The notes beneath the pieces were generated by a model. That model did not search any database. It had not been told where the DNA came from and worked only from the letters and a program-made list of their open reading frames with translations. The position numbers and the translations under genes are program-made. Positions 45,624-54,671 of a DNA stretch of 63,714 nt are shown one piece after another. Source of the DNA: Gammaproteobacteria bacterium (lineage in GTDB: Bacteria; Pseudomonadota; Gammaproteobacteria; Steroidobacterales; PWYM01); contig JBGTIC010000046.1 in the NCBI GenBank assembly GCA_041745895.1, forward strand, positions 1 to 63,714, given 5' to 3'. Position 1 is the first letter of the stretch. Each line of letters opens with the position of its first letter.

Positions 45624-46568
45624 TCAGCTCAGCGCCGCTTCCAGTTCGGGGATGATCTTGAACAGATCTCCCACCAGGCCGATATCGGCCACTTCGAAAA
45701 TAGGTGCCTCACCGTCCTTGTTGATGGCCACGATGGTGCCGGCATCCTTGATACCAGTGAGATGCTGGATGGCGCCGGAAATGCCGATGGCGATATACAG
45801 CTCCGGTGCGATGATCTTGCCCGTCTGACCAACCTGAAGCTCGTTGGGCACGTAGCCTGCATCGACGGCAGCACGGCTGGCACCCACGGCGGCCCCGATC
45901 TTGTCGGCGAACTGGAAGATCAGTTCGAACTTCTCGGCGCTGCCCAGGGCACGCCCGCCAGATACGACACGCGCCGCGCTCTGCAGGTCGGGCCGGTCGG
46001 TCGAGCCGCCACGCAGCTCTCCGAAGCGCGTGTGACCGGGCAGCTGCGCATCGACACTGACCGACTCGATGCGGGCCGAACCGCCTTCAGCCGCAGCCTG
46101 GTAGGAAGCCACCCGCACGGTGGCTACCAGGGTGCGGTCCGAGGGCGCCTCGACGGTGATGATCGCATTGCCCGCGTAGATCGGCCTGCGGAACCGATGA
46201 CTGTCCTGCACCTCCATGATGTCGGAGAGCTGGCCCACGCCGAGCAGCGCGGCAATGCGCGGCATCAGGTCCTTGCCAAACGTCGTGGAAGGCCCCAGGA
46301 CATGCGAGTAGTCGGCGGCCAGCCGGGCGGCCTGCGGTGCCAGCAGCGCAGCCAGCGGGTGTTCGTTGCCCGGATTGTCGATGCGCAGCACCCGGGTGAC
46401 CCCCGCCAGCGCCGCAGCCTGTGTTGCCACAGCCTCACCGTTGGCGGCGAATACCGCGATGTCAACGCTGTCCGCCTTGAATTCCAGCGCGCAGCTGAGT
46501 GTCTTCGCTGTGGCGGCGTTGAGCGAGGTGCCGTCATGTTCGGCAATGATCAGGATCTTGCTCATCAA
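45624..46568 (-). CDS. etfA: electron transfer flavoprotein alpha subunit
   Basis: 314-aa ORF with [28 protein letters not shown]. Its start overlaps the etfB stop. Confidence 0.92.
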   Translation of the reverse strand: MMSKILIIAEHDGTSLNAATAKTLSCALEFKADSVDIAVFAANGEAVATQAAALAGVTRVLRIDNPGNEHPLAALLAPQAARLAADYSHVLGPSTTFGKDLMPRIAALLGVGQLSDIMEVQDSHRFRRPIYAGNAIITVEAPSDRTLVATVRVASYQAAAEGGSARIESVSVDAQLPGHTRFGELRGGSTDRPDLQSAARVVSGGRALGSAEKFELIFQFADKIGAAVGASRAAVDAGYVPNELQVGQTGKIIAPELYIAIGISGAIQHLTGIKDAGTIVAINKDGEAPIFEVADIGLVGDLFKIIPELEAALS

Positions 46569-47314
46569 ACCAGCCCCTTGTCCTTGAGTGCCTTCACCAG
46601 CCCGGCGACGTCCTCGACCATGATGCCTTTCTGTCGCTGTTCAGGCGGCGCGTAATTCGTGATCTTGAACTGGGCATCCGCGCTGACCCCAAGGTCCGCC
46701 AATTTCAAGGTGTCCAGCGGCTTTTTCTTGGCCTTCATGATGTCGGGCAGCTTCACATAGCGCGGTTCGTTCAGCCTGAGATCGGTCGTGACCACGGCGG
46801 GCAGATCCACCTCGATGACTTCCAGGCCGGCGTCGACCTCACGTGTCACCGTGGCCTTGCCGTTGGAAAGCTCAAGCTTGGAGGCGAAGGTTGCCTGCGG
46901 GCGATCCCACAGGGCGGCAAGCATCTGGCCAGTCTGACTGTTGTCATCGTCGATCGCCTGTTTGCCGAGAATCACCAGTTCAGGGGATTCGCGTTCGATA
47001 AGTTTCAGTAGCGCCTGTGCGGCGGCCAGCGGTTCGAGCCGCTCGCCGGTTTCGACCAGGATTGCGCGATCCGCACCCATCGCAAGCCCTGTGCGCAGCT
47101 GCTGCTGGCAGTCGCTGCCGCCGATCGAGACGACGATGACCTCTTCGGCCTCACCTCGCTCGCGGATGCGCAGGGCTTCCTCCAGCGCGATTTCGTCGAA
47201 GGGGTTTATGCTCATCTTCACCCCGTCGGTCACGACGCCCGAGCCGTCGGGTTTGACGCGGACACGGACGTTGTAGTCCACGACGCGCTTCACCGCGACC
47301 ATGATTTTCTGCAT
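46565..47314 (-). CDS. etfB: electron transfer flavoprotein beta subunit
   Basis: ORF 46565..47404 trimmed to MQKIMVAVKRVVDYNVRVRV... (a GGAGAGGA SD precedes it). Confidence 0.92.
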   Translation of the reverse strand: MQKIMVAVKRVVDYNVRVRVKPDGSGVVTDGVKMSINPFDEIALEEALRIRERGEAEEVIVVSIGGSDCQQQLRTGLAMGADRAILVETGERLEPLAAAQALLKLIERESPELVILGKQAIDDDNSQTGQMLAALWDRPQATFASKLELSNGKATVTREVDAGLEVIEVDLPAVVTTDLRLNEPRYVKLPDIMKAKKKPLDTLKLADLGVSADAQFKITNYAPPEQRQKGIMVEDVAGLVKALKDKGLV

Positions 47315-47501
47315 GGGGTCCTCTCCTGCTGACTGTGGGTGGCTGCTGCCCCGCGGTCCCTCGATTGCCTGGTTCCCGCGTAGCCGGTGGATTGTACCGT
47401 TCAATCAGGGTGCCTGCAGCCATTGTCCAAACCGCTTCCCGTGATGATGGTAAAATCTGAGTTTCGCGGCATTCACTTTCCAGCACCCGAACGGAGCGCA
47501 G

Positions 47502-48371
47502 ATGACCCCGATTCTGACCACCCTGATCGATGCCGATGAACTGGCCAGTCGCCTGGAGTCCGGCAGCGTGCGGGTGATCGACTGCCGCTTCCAGTTGACC
47601 GACCCGACCGCCGGCAGGGCGGCCTATCTGCGCGGGCACATTCCGTCCGCCGTGTACGCCGACCTGGAGAGGGACCTGTCGGGGCCAGTCAGCCCGACCT
47701 CCGGACGGCACCCTCTGCCAGATCGTCACGAACTGGAGGCCACGCTCGGCATGCTTGGGGTCTCCAGCAGCCAGCAGGTGGTCGTCTATGACGACGCCGG
47801 TGGCGCTTATGCCTCGCGTCTATGGTGGCTCTTGCGGTGGATGGGTCATGGCGCAGTGGCGGTGCTCAATGGTGGACTGCAGGCGTGGCTGGCAGGAGGG
47901 CGGAGCCTGGAAAGCGGAGAGGTCACGGCGCAAAGAGTGCGGTTTCTTCAGGGTACTGCGCTTGCACACACAATCGAGGCCGAGGATATTGTCGAATCAA
48001 GGATTCCACGGCTGCTCGATGCCCGCGGGGCTGAAAGATTTGCCGGCGAAGTCGAGCCGATCGATACCCGCGCCGGACACGTGCCTGGTGCCGTGAACCA
48101 CCCGTTCACCCAAAGCCTGGACGGCGGCGGACGCTTTCTTGCGCGCGATGAGCTGCGGGCGCGGCTGAGCACCAGCCTCGGCGACGTGGAAAGCAATGAG
48201 GCCGCAGCGATGTGCGGGTCGGGGGTGACAGCCTGTCACCTGCTGCTGGCGCTCGAGGTGTCCGGACTGGGCGGTGCCGCACTGTATCCGGGCTCGTGGA
48301 GCGAGTGGATTCGCGATCCGAAAAGACCGCTGGTGACCGGCGTCGCTGACCCTCAGGCGGCAGTGACATGA
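47502..48371 (+). CDS. sseA: thiosulfate / 3-mercaptopyruvate sulfurtransferase (tandem rhodanese)
   Basis: 289-aa ORF with two rhodanese domains. GHIPSAV and GHVPGAVN are present, and the active-site loop is CGSGVTA. Confidence 0.85.
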   Translation: MTPILTTLIDADELASRLESGSVRVIDCRFQLTDPTAGRAAYLRGHIPSAVYADLERDLSGPVSPTSGRHPLPDRHELEATLGMLGVSSSQQVVVYDDAGGAYASRLWWLLRWMGHGAVAVLNGGLQAWLAGGRSLESGEVTAQRVRFLQGTALAHTIEAEDIVESRIPRLLDARGAERFAGEVEPIDTRAGHVPGAVNHPFTQSLDGGGRFLARDELRARLSTSLGDVESNEAAAMCGSGVTACHLLLALEVSGLGGAALYPGSWSEWIRDPKRPLVTGVADPQAAVT

Positions 48372-48850
48372 ACATCGCCGCCGGGCTTGCCTGCGCCATT
48401 CTGGCCAGCGTGCTCGGTGGCTGCGGTACGACGCCCGGCACCGGGGAGGCAACGCGGGCGGATGGCGCCAGCGCCGCAGTCCACCACGACTGCGTCCGCA
48501 TGTCGCGCGTGCGGCGCTTCGAGCGACTCGATGATCGCAACCTGGTGTTGTTCGCTCCGGATCGACAGAACGCCTATCACGTGCGGATGGCAATGAGCTG
48601 TCCGGATATCGTCCATGCCGGTTTCCTGTCGATCGAGGGACGCCAGGGCAGTCTCTGCGGCTATCCCGGCGAGGCGCTCAGACCTGGCATCCGCTCGGGT
48701 TTTCCCGGCGATGCGCGCGGGGAGAGAGCCTGTCCGGTGCGCAGCGTTCGCCGCCTCGACAGCTCGACCTTGCAGGATCTGCTCGTCGAGCACGGTCTGG
48801 GGGAGCAGGGCGAGCCGGCTGCAGGAGAAACCGACCAGCAGATTCCCTGA
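48368..48850 (+). CDS. lipoprotein of unknown function
   Basis: 160-aa ORF with signal peptide and lipobox (ILASVLGGC). Its start overlaps the sseA stop. Confidence 0.6.
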   Translation: MNIAAGLACAILASVLGGCGTTPGTGEATRADGASAAVHHDCVRMSRVRRFERLDDRNLVLFAPDRQNAYHVRMAMSCPDIVHAGFLSIEGRQGSLCGYPGEALRPGIRSGFPGDARGERACPVRSVRRLDSSTLQDLLVEHGLGEQGEPAAGETDQQIP

Positions 48851-49046
48851 AGCGACCGTATCACGGCCGGGCTGCATCTCGCGCATTGCGCAACCCGAGG
48901 CTGTACCGCGACACTTTTGGTTGTGCATTCCACTGAGTGCACACAAAGCGCCGCAGTTGGCCGTAGCGCAGCGAAAGGCGCGGTATGCTAGGCGCTGAGG
49001 TCAGCGCAGGTGCGCTGATGTGTCTGCCCGTTGCCGGAGATGTCTT

Positions 49047-50642
49047 ATGTCCGCCCTTGCCCCGCATGGTTCCACCAAGACTGACGTGCTCGTCCGGCTC
49101 GAGAACATTCTGGGGGCAGAACATCTGCTCACCGATGACGCCGAGCGCGCGTTCTTTTCGCAGGATGTCTATCGCGCCGGGGAGCTGGTCGTCGCGGTGG
49201 CCCAGCCCTTTGACGTGGCACAGTTGCGCGAGGTCGTACGCACCGCGACGACAGCCGGTGTTGCGGTCATTGCGCGTGGCGGCGGCATGTCCTATACGGA
49301 TGCCTATCTGCCGACCCGCAGCCCGTCGCTGATGATCGATACAAGGCGACTAAATAGAATCGTGGAGATCAATGCCGAGGCGCGCTACGTGGTGGTGGAA
49401 TGCGGCGTCAGCTGGAGTGAGCTGCATGCGGCTCTAGCGCCGCTGGGGCTGAGCACACCCTACTGGGGTCCGCTTTCGGGACTGCGCGCGACGATCGGCG
49501 GGGCGCTTTCTCAAGGCAGCATCTTTCTGGGCTCGGGACAATTCGGCAGCGTCGCAGACAGCGTGCTGGCGCTGGAAGTTGTCGCAGCCGATGGCCAGCT
49601 GGTTCGAACCGGAAGCTGGGCGGGCGAGCACGCCGAGCCGTTCTTCCGCTATCACGGACCCGACATGACCGGCCTGTTCACGGGCGACTGCGGCGCGCTG
49701 GGACTCAAGGCCCGCGCGGCGTTGCGCCTGGTCAGCCGTCAGCCCGAGTCCCGCTATCAGTCCTATGCCTTCGATAGTCATGAGGCGCTGACTCATGCGA
49801 TGGCCGAGGTGGCGCGTGCCGAGGTGGTCTCGGAGTGCTTTGCCTTCGACCCGTTCCTGCAGGCCCTGCGCATGCAGCGCGGTCGGCTGCGCGATGACAT
49901 GAAGTCGCTGGGTAACGTCGTCAAGGCCGCCGGCGGCGGTATCAAGGGACTCAAGGAGGGCGCGAAACTGGCCCTTGCGGGACGGGGATTCCTGGATGAC
50001 GTGCCGTTTTCCCTGCACCTGTCGATGGATGGGCGCGACGTCGCAGACGCGGATTCGCGCGCCGCGGCCGCGCGTCGGGCGGTCGGCGCGCATGGACGCG
50101 AGATCGAGAACAGCGTGCCCAAGGTCATGCGCGCCACGCCGTTTGCAGAGGTCAACAGCATGCTCGGTCCTGCCGGCCAGCGCTGGGTACCGGTGCACGG
50201 CATCGTGCCCCTGACACAGGCGGCCGAAGCGTTTGCCAGCACCGAGGCGTTGTTTGCACGGCGCCGGGAGCGCGACGAGCGCCATGGCATCGAACATGGC
50301 TACCTGATGTGTACGATTGCCAATCATGGGTTTCTGCTCGAACCCTGCCTGTACTGGCAGGATGCGCGGCAGCAGTTTCATGAGACCGTGCTCGATGATG
50401 CCTATCTGGCTCGTCTCAAGGCCTGGCCGGAAGACCTCGCTGCCCGCGAAGCGGTAGCCGAACTTCGCACGGAACTGGCCGATCACTTTCACGCGCTTGG
50501 CGCCACCTCGTTTCAGATCGGCAAGTTCTATCCCTACAGCCGCAACCGCGACGCCGGTCAGTGGGCGCTGCTGCGCTCTGTCAAGGCGGCCATGGATCCG
50601 GCCGGCCTGCTCAATCCCGGCGCGCTTGGCCTCGATGGCTGA
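49047..50642 (+). CDS. FAD-binding oxidoreductase (FAD_binding_4 / GlcD-like)
   Basis: ORF 49020..50642 trimmed to ATG 49047 (GGAGAT SD). Motifs: VIARGGGMSYTD, GGALSQG and a C-terminal LNPGALG. Confidence 0.8.
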   Translation: MSALAPHGSTKTDVLVRLENILGAEHLLTDDAERAFFSQDVYRAGELVVAVAQPFDVAQLREVVRTATTAGVAVIARGGGMSYTDAYLPTRSPSLMIDTRRLNRIVEINAEARYVVVECGVSWSELHAALAPLGLSTPYWGPLSGLRATIGGALSQGSIFLGSGQFGSVADSVLALEVVAADGQLVRTGSWAGEHAEPFFRYHGPDMTGLFTGDCGALGLKARAALRLVSRQPESRYQSYAFDSHEALTHAMAEVARAEVVSECFAFDPFLQALRMQRGRLRDDMKSLGNVVKAAGGGIKGLKEGAKLALAGRGFLDDVPFSLHLSMDGRDVADADSRAAAARRAVGAHGREIENSVPKVMRATPFAEVNSMLGPAGQRWVPVHGIVPLTQAAEAFASTEALFARRRERDERHGIEHGYLMCTIANHGFLLEPCLYWQDARQQFHETVLDDAYLARLKAWPEDLAAREAVAELRTELADHFHALGATSFQIGKFYPYSRNRDAGQWALLRSVKAAMDPAGLLNPGALGLDG

Positions 50643-50685
50643 ACGCGCCGAGGCCCGGACAAACCTGCCTGAGGCCCCGTGGGCA

Positions 50686-50994
50686 TCACCAGGTCCGTCC
50701 GCCGACCCAGCTGCCTGCCACCGGTGAGAATGCCTCTATCCTGAGCTTTGCCCACACGCCGGCGGCATGGTAGGGGTCGGCCTCCATGAATCGCCAAGCA
50801 TCCGCCTCAGTGGGAAGATCCACGACCAGCAGGCTGCCGATCATCTCCCCGTGCCCGTCCTTCAACGGGCCGGCAAGCTTGAGCGTGTCACTGGTGGCCA
50901 GCACCTTTTCGATATGCGCAAGATGTGCCTGCAGGTGCTGCTGACGCAGCGCGGCGGCATGCGATGCATCCTCGCCTATGATCGCGTAGTACAT
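50686..50994 (-). CDS. YciI family protein
   Basis: ORF 50686..51033 trimmed to MYYAIIGEDASHAAALRQQHLQAHLAHI...LAGPL...DPYHAAGVW. Confidence 0.75.
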   Translation of the reverse strand: MYYAIIGEDASHAAALRQQHLQAHLAHIEKVLATSDTLKLAGPLKDGHGEMIGSLLVVDLPTEADAWRFMEADPYHAAGVWAKLRIEAFSPVAGSWVGGRTW

Positions 50995-51110
50995 GGATTC
51001 GACTCCGAAATGACGACTAACCGTGTTTGACACTCCCCGGGCCGCATTCTACAGTCGTGCCGCCGCGTTCGCCGCGGTTCACTCACCAGCGTGCTACGGG
51101 GGCGCCACTC

Positions 51111-51422
51111 ATGCCGCATATCATCGTTCTGTTCAACCTGAAGCCTGATGCCGACCCGCAGGCCTATGAGAAGTGGGCGCGCGAGACCGATCTGCCAACA
51201 GTGCGCAAGCTGCCTTCGGTCGCCGGTTTCGACGGCCTGCGGGCCATGTCGATGCTCGGCAGCAGCGATAGCCCGCCTTATAAGTACATCGAAGTGATCA
51301 AGGTCAAGGACATGGCGGCGTTTGGCAACGACGTCGGCACCGAAACCATGCGAAAAGTTGCATCCGAGTTCAGGGCTTTTGCCCAGGCGCCGCAGTTCAT
51401 CGTCTGCGAGTCGCTCGACTGA
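51111..51422 (+). CDS. small dimeric alpha/beta-barrel-like protein (EthD/HapK-like, uncertain)
   Basis: ORF 51027..51422 trimmed to MPHIIVLFNLKPDADPQAYEKWARETDLP.... 103 aa. It is the first gene of a tight six-gene operon. Confidence 0.55.
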   Translation: MPHIIVLFNLKPDADPQAYEKWARETDLPTVRKLPSVAGFDGLRAMSMLGSSDSPPYKYIEVIKVKDMAAFGNDVGTETMRKVASEFRAFAQAPQFIVCESLD

Positions 51423-51441
51423 CACGACGGGACATCCGAAA

Positions 51442-51960
51442 ATGGTGCAGAACTTCAAGCAGGTGGGGGAGCGGCGCTTCCGCGAAACCTTTGGCCGCTA
51501 TTTCGAGGATTTCGAAGTGGGCGACGTTTACGAACATCGCCCGGGACGCACCCTTACCGAGACAGAGAACACGTGGTTCACGCTGTTGACGATGAACACC
51601 CACCCACTGCACTTTGACGCCGAGTATGCCAAGGCCAGCGAGTTTGGCCGCCCGCTGATCGCCAGCCCCTTCACGCTCGCCGTGCTGGTGGGCATGAGTG
51701 TCAGCGATGTCAGCCAGAAGGCCATTGCCAATCTGGGCTGGACGGATATCAACATGACGCACCCGGTGTTTGCAGGCGACACGCTATATGCGGAGTCTGA
51801 AGTGCTTGCCAAACGTGAATCGCGTTCGCGCCCGGGCGCAGGACTGGTGACGGTACGCACGTTGGGTCGCAATCAGAATGGCGACACAGTGTGCAGTTTC
51901 GAGCGCACGATCCTGGTGGCGCGACGCGGCCATGGCGTTGAAGACAAGATCGACTATTGA
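51442..51960 (+). CDS. MaoC-like (R)-specific enoyl-CoA hydratase/dehydratase
   Basis: ORF 51322..51960 trimmed to MVQNFKQVGERRF.... Hot-dog fold blocks: FTLLTMNTHPLHFD and NQNGDTVCSFERTILV. Confidence 0.82.
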   Translation: MVQNFKQVGERRFRETFGRYFEDFEVGDVYEHRPGRTLTETENTWFTLLTMNTHPLHFDAEYAKASEFGRPLIASPFTLAVLVGMSVSDVSQKAIANLGWTDINMTHPVFAGDTLYAESEVLAKRESRSRPGAGLVTVRTLGRNQNGDTVCSFERTILVARRGHGVEDKIDY

Positions 51961-51993
51961 CCTGTCAGGCAATTGGAAAAAGCAGGAGTCTAC

Positions 51994-52752
51994 GTGAGCG
52001 ACCAGAACACCATCATTCAACGTGATCACAGCTTCGTGCGCGGTACGATTCGATACAGCAGCAACAAGCCTGAACGCAAGGGCCAGGAGCGGGGGCGAGA
52101 GTATTTTCTGATCAGCACGCACAGTGACGGTCGCCGCACCGCCAGCGCGCATTGCGAGATCGACGATCGCCCGAGCGTCATGCGAGACATCATCTACGCG
52201 CTGGATGCGGACTGGATGCCAACAGATTGTTCCGTGCGCCTGAGCGTGGGTGATCGCTTCATGGGTTCAGCGTGGTTTCGCTTCGCGAAGGATCACGCTG
52301 AATGCGAGGCATGGACGGCTCACGAGGGCCGTGTGCGCCAGCGTATGGACATCACGAAGCCACTGGTGACCTTTCAGAACCATGCGATCGTCTGCGATTC
52401 TTGGCATTTTCGTCTGTTCGATCGAAGCAAGGGCCCTGGCGTTCAGGGCATAGAACAGGTGTTGCTGTCCTCGCCGGATCATCGTGGTGCCACCGGACCG
52501 ATGCTCTATTCGATCGGCATGGGGATGGAATACGTCGGTGAGGAGGTGCTCGAAGTCGAAGCCGGACGCTTCGATGCGCTGCATTTTCGCTTCGTGTCCG
52601 CCCCAGGCCTGCCGCAGGAGCACCCGCCCTACGATGTATGGTGCACGAACGATGATCAATTCCTGTTCCTCAAGGCACAGGCAGGGGGCTACATGCAGAC
52701 GGTCTACGAGACCGTGGAATTGCACTACGGTCCGAATGGCGGAACCGGCTGA
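51994..52752 (+). CDS. protein of unrecognised family, paralogue Y2
   Basis: ORF 51973..52752 (TTG). GTG 51994 is preferred because GGAG lies 6 nt upstream. Blocks ERGREYFLISTHSDGRR...VRLSVGDRFMGSAWFRF...HPPYDVWCTNDDQFLFLKA are paralogous to 36395..37093. Confidence 0.65.
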   Translation: MSDQNTIIQRDHSFVRGTIRYSSNKPERKGQERGREYFLISTHSDGRRTASAHCEIDDRPSVMRDIIYALDADWMPTDCSVRLSVGDRFMGSAWFRFAKDHAECEAWTAHEGRVRQRMDITKPLVTFQNHAIVCDSWHFRLFDRSKGPGVQGIEQVLLSSPDHRGATGPMLYSIGMGMEYVGEEVLEVEAGRFDALHFRFVSAPGLPQEHPPYDVWCTNDDQFLFLKAQAGGYMQTVYETVELHYGPNGGTG

Positions 52753-52769
52753 CGCAGGAGCAGGAGACG

Positions 52770-53600
52770 ATGGGAGATCTCAAGGGCAAGGTGGCACTGT
52801 GCACGGGGGCTGGACGCCGGCAGGGCCTCGGGGAGGCGATCATGAAGCGTCTGGCTGCGGATGGTGCGCGAGTCGTGATCACCGATTTGGGCAGTCCACA
52901 GCAGCACATGGGCACCGAGCACATCGGCACGACCGATGAGATGGAGCAGATCGCCGAGGACATTCGCCGCGACGGCGGGGAGGTCATCACCGTGGCGCTC
53001 GACGTTCGCGACGAGTCGCAGGTAGAAGCAGCGATCGGGCACTGCGTCGAGGCCTTCGGCGCACTGGATATCCTCATCAACAATGCCGGCATCGGCTATC
53101 TGATACGCCCGATCACAGAAATGCCAGTCGAAGAGTGGACCGCCGTGCTGGAGGTCAACCTGATGGGCGCATTTCTGTGCACGAAGCATGCGGCGCGCCA
53201 GATGATCCGTCAGGGCAAGGGCGGGCGCATCATCAATATCGCAAGCCAGGCGGCCAAGTCAGGGCACCCGCACATGAGTGCGTATGTTGCCTCCAAGCAC
53301 GGCATGGTCGGCCTGACCCGTACCAGTGCCGTGGAGTTGGGCGAGCATGGCATCACCGTCAACGCCATCTGCCCGAATCACGTGACGACCGGACTGGGTT
53401 CGGTCCAGAACGAGTACTTCGCAAAGTACAAGGGTCTGACGGTGGATGAATACCTGTCGCAGATGCGGCGCAGTATCCCGATGCGCCGCGTCGGCCAGGG
53501 CAGCGATACCGCCAACGCTGTGGCTTTCCTGTGTTCGGAGGCTGCCAGCTATATTACCGGCGAGGCGATGAACGTCAGCGGTGGCGTGGAAATGCATTAG
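52770..53600 (+). CDS. SDR family oxidoreductase
   Basis: 276-aa ORF with VALCTGAGRRQGLGEAI, NNAG and YVASKHG. Confidence 0.85.
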   Translation: MGDLKGKVALCTGAGRRQGLGEAIMKRLAADGARVVITDLGSPQQHMGTEHIGTTDEMEQIAEDIRRDGGEVITVALDVRDESQVEAAIGHCVEAFGALDILINNAGIGYLIRPITEMPVEEWTAVLEVNLMGAFLCTKHAARQMIRQGKGGRIINIASQAAKSGHPHMSAYVASKHGMVGLTRTSAVELGEHGITVNAICPNHVTTGLGSVQNEYFAKYKGLTVDEYLSQMRRSIPMRRVGQGSDTANAVAFLCSEAASYITGEAMNVSGGVEMH

Positions 53601-53612
53601 GTTGACGGGATC

Positions 53613-54656
53613 ATGCGCGTTTCCAGGATCCTGCTTTGGGTAATGGTCGCCTGTCTGGCCGCATGCGGCGGTCCCGCCGGGGAGTCTGAGTCGCCGGGCA
53701 TTACCGTGGGCGGGACTGAAGTTGTCGGGTCGCCCGGCGCACAAAGCTGGCAGGCGTTCGAGGGGCATGTAGCGCGGGCCGAAGCCGACATCGAGCTGCG
53801 CATGCTGACTCGCGGCCAACTCGGTTCGGAGGAGCAGCTGCTCTCCGGACTGCGCCGTGGCCGGATACAGATGGCGAGCATGTCAGCGCTGGCGGTCTCC
53901 GCACTCGTGCCGGAGATTACCATGCTCTATGCACCTTTCCTGTTTGCCGACGAAGCCGAAGCCGACTACGTATTCGACAACCACCTGGCCGAACCGCTGG
54001 CTCGACTGCTGGCGCAGCACGGCCTGCACCTTGTCGAGTGGCATGAAATCGGCTTCCATCATGTCTATGCCCGCGAGCCGCTGCTGACGCCCGAGAGTTA
54101 TCTGAACCTACGCTTCCGGGTCTCGGCAAGCATCGCCGCTCGACAGTTCGCGCGGGCCTTGGGGGCAGACCTGATCTCGATGGGGTTCGCAGACGTCGTG
54201 CCCGCGCTGCAGACGCGCCTCGTCGATGCGGGCGAGAATGCGATCCCGTACTATGCACGCACCGGCATCGCCGAGCAGGCGCCGCATCTGATGCTGACCG
54301 CCCATGCCTTGGGCATGAACGTGATCCTGGCCAATGCCAGCTGGTGGATATCGCTGTCGGAGGAGACACGCGCGCTGTTTTCCGCTGCGTTTCCGTCCCG
54401 CGAGGAAATCCGGGTCAGGGTGCGTGCCGCCAACGCTGAAGAGCTGGTGGGGGCCGAAGCCATCGGGTTTCGCGCCCACTCGATCGACCCCGATGTCCTG
54501 GAGCGTTGGCGGGTTGCCACCGAGGGCACGCATGAGGCCTTGATCCAGGCGTCGGGTGGCAGCAGTCGCGAGATTTACCAGCGGGCCATCGAGGGACGCC
54601 TGGAGTGGCGCAGTCGTGCCGCCTCGGACACGATGATGATTCAGGACGCGCAGTGA
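53613..54656 (+). CDS. dctP: TRAP transporter substrate-binding protein (DctP family), lipoprotein
   Basis: 347-aa ORF with lipobox LAAC. GQLGSEEQLLSGLRRGRIQMA, LYAPFLF and ALQTRLVDAGENA resemble conserved DctP blocks. Confidence 0.75.
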   Translation: MRVSRILLWVMVACLAACGGPAGESESPGITVGGTEVVGSPGAQSWQAFEGHVARAEADIELRMLTRGQLGSEEQLLSGLRRGRIQMASMSALAVSALVPEITMLYAPFLFADEAEADYVFDNHLAEPLARLLAQHGLHLVEWHEIGFHHVYAREPLLTPESYLNLRFRVSASIAARQFARALGADLISMGFADVVPALQTRLVDAGENAIPYYARTGIAEQAPHLMLTAHALGMNVILANASWWISLSEETRALFSAAFPSREEIRVRVRAANAEELVGAEAIGFRAHSIDPDVLERWRVATEGTHEALIQASGGSSREIYQRAIEGRLEWRSRAASDTMMIQDAQ

Positions 54657-54671
54657 CGACAAGGAGTCGGC

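Noticed and set aside
48921-48943. Short inverted repeat TGTGCA...TGCACA upstream of the FAD-oxidase gene
   Set aside because: It has only about 6-7 paired bases, no repetition elsewhere in the window and no associated regulator, so it is within chance expectation.
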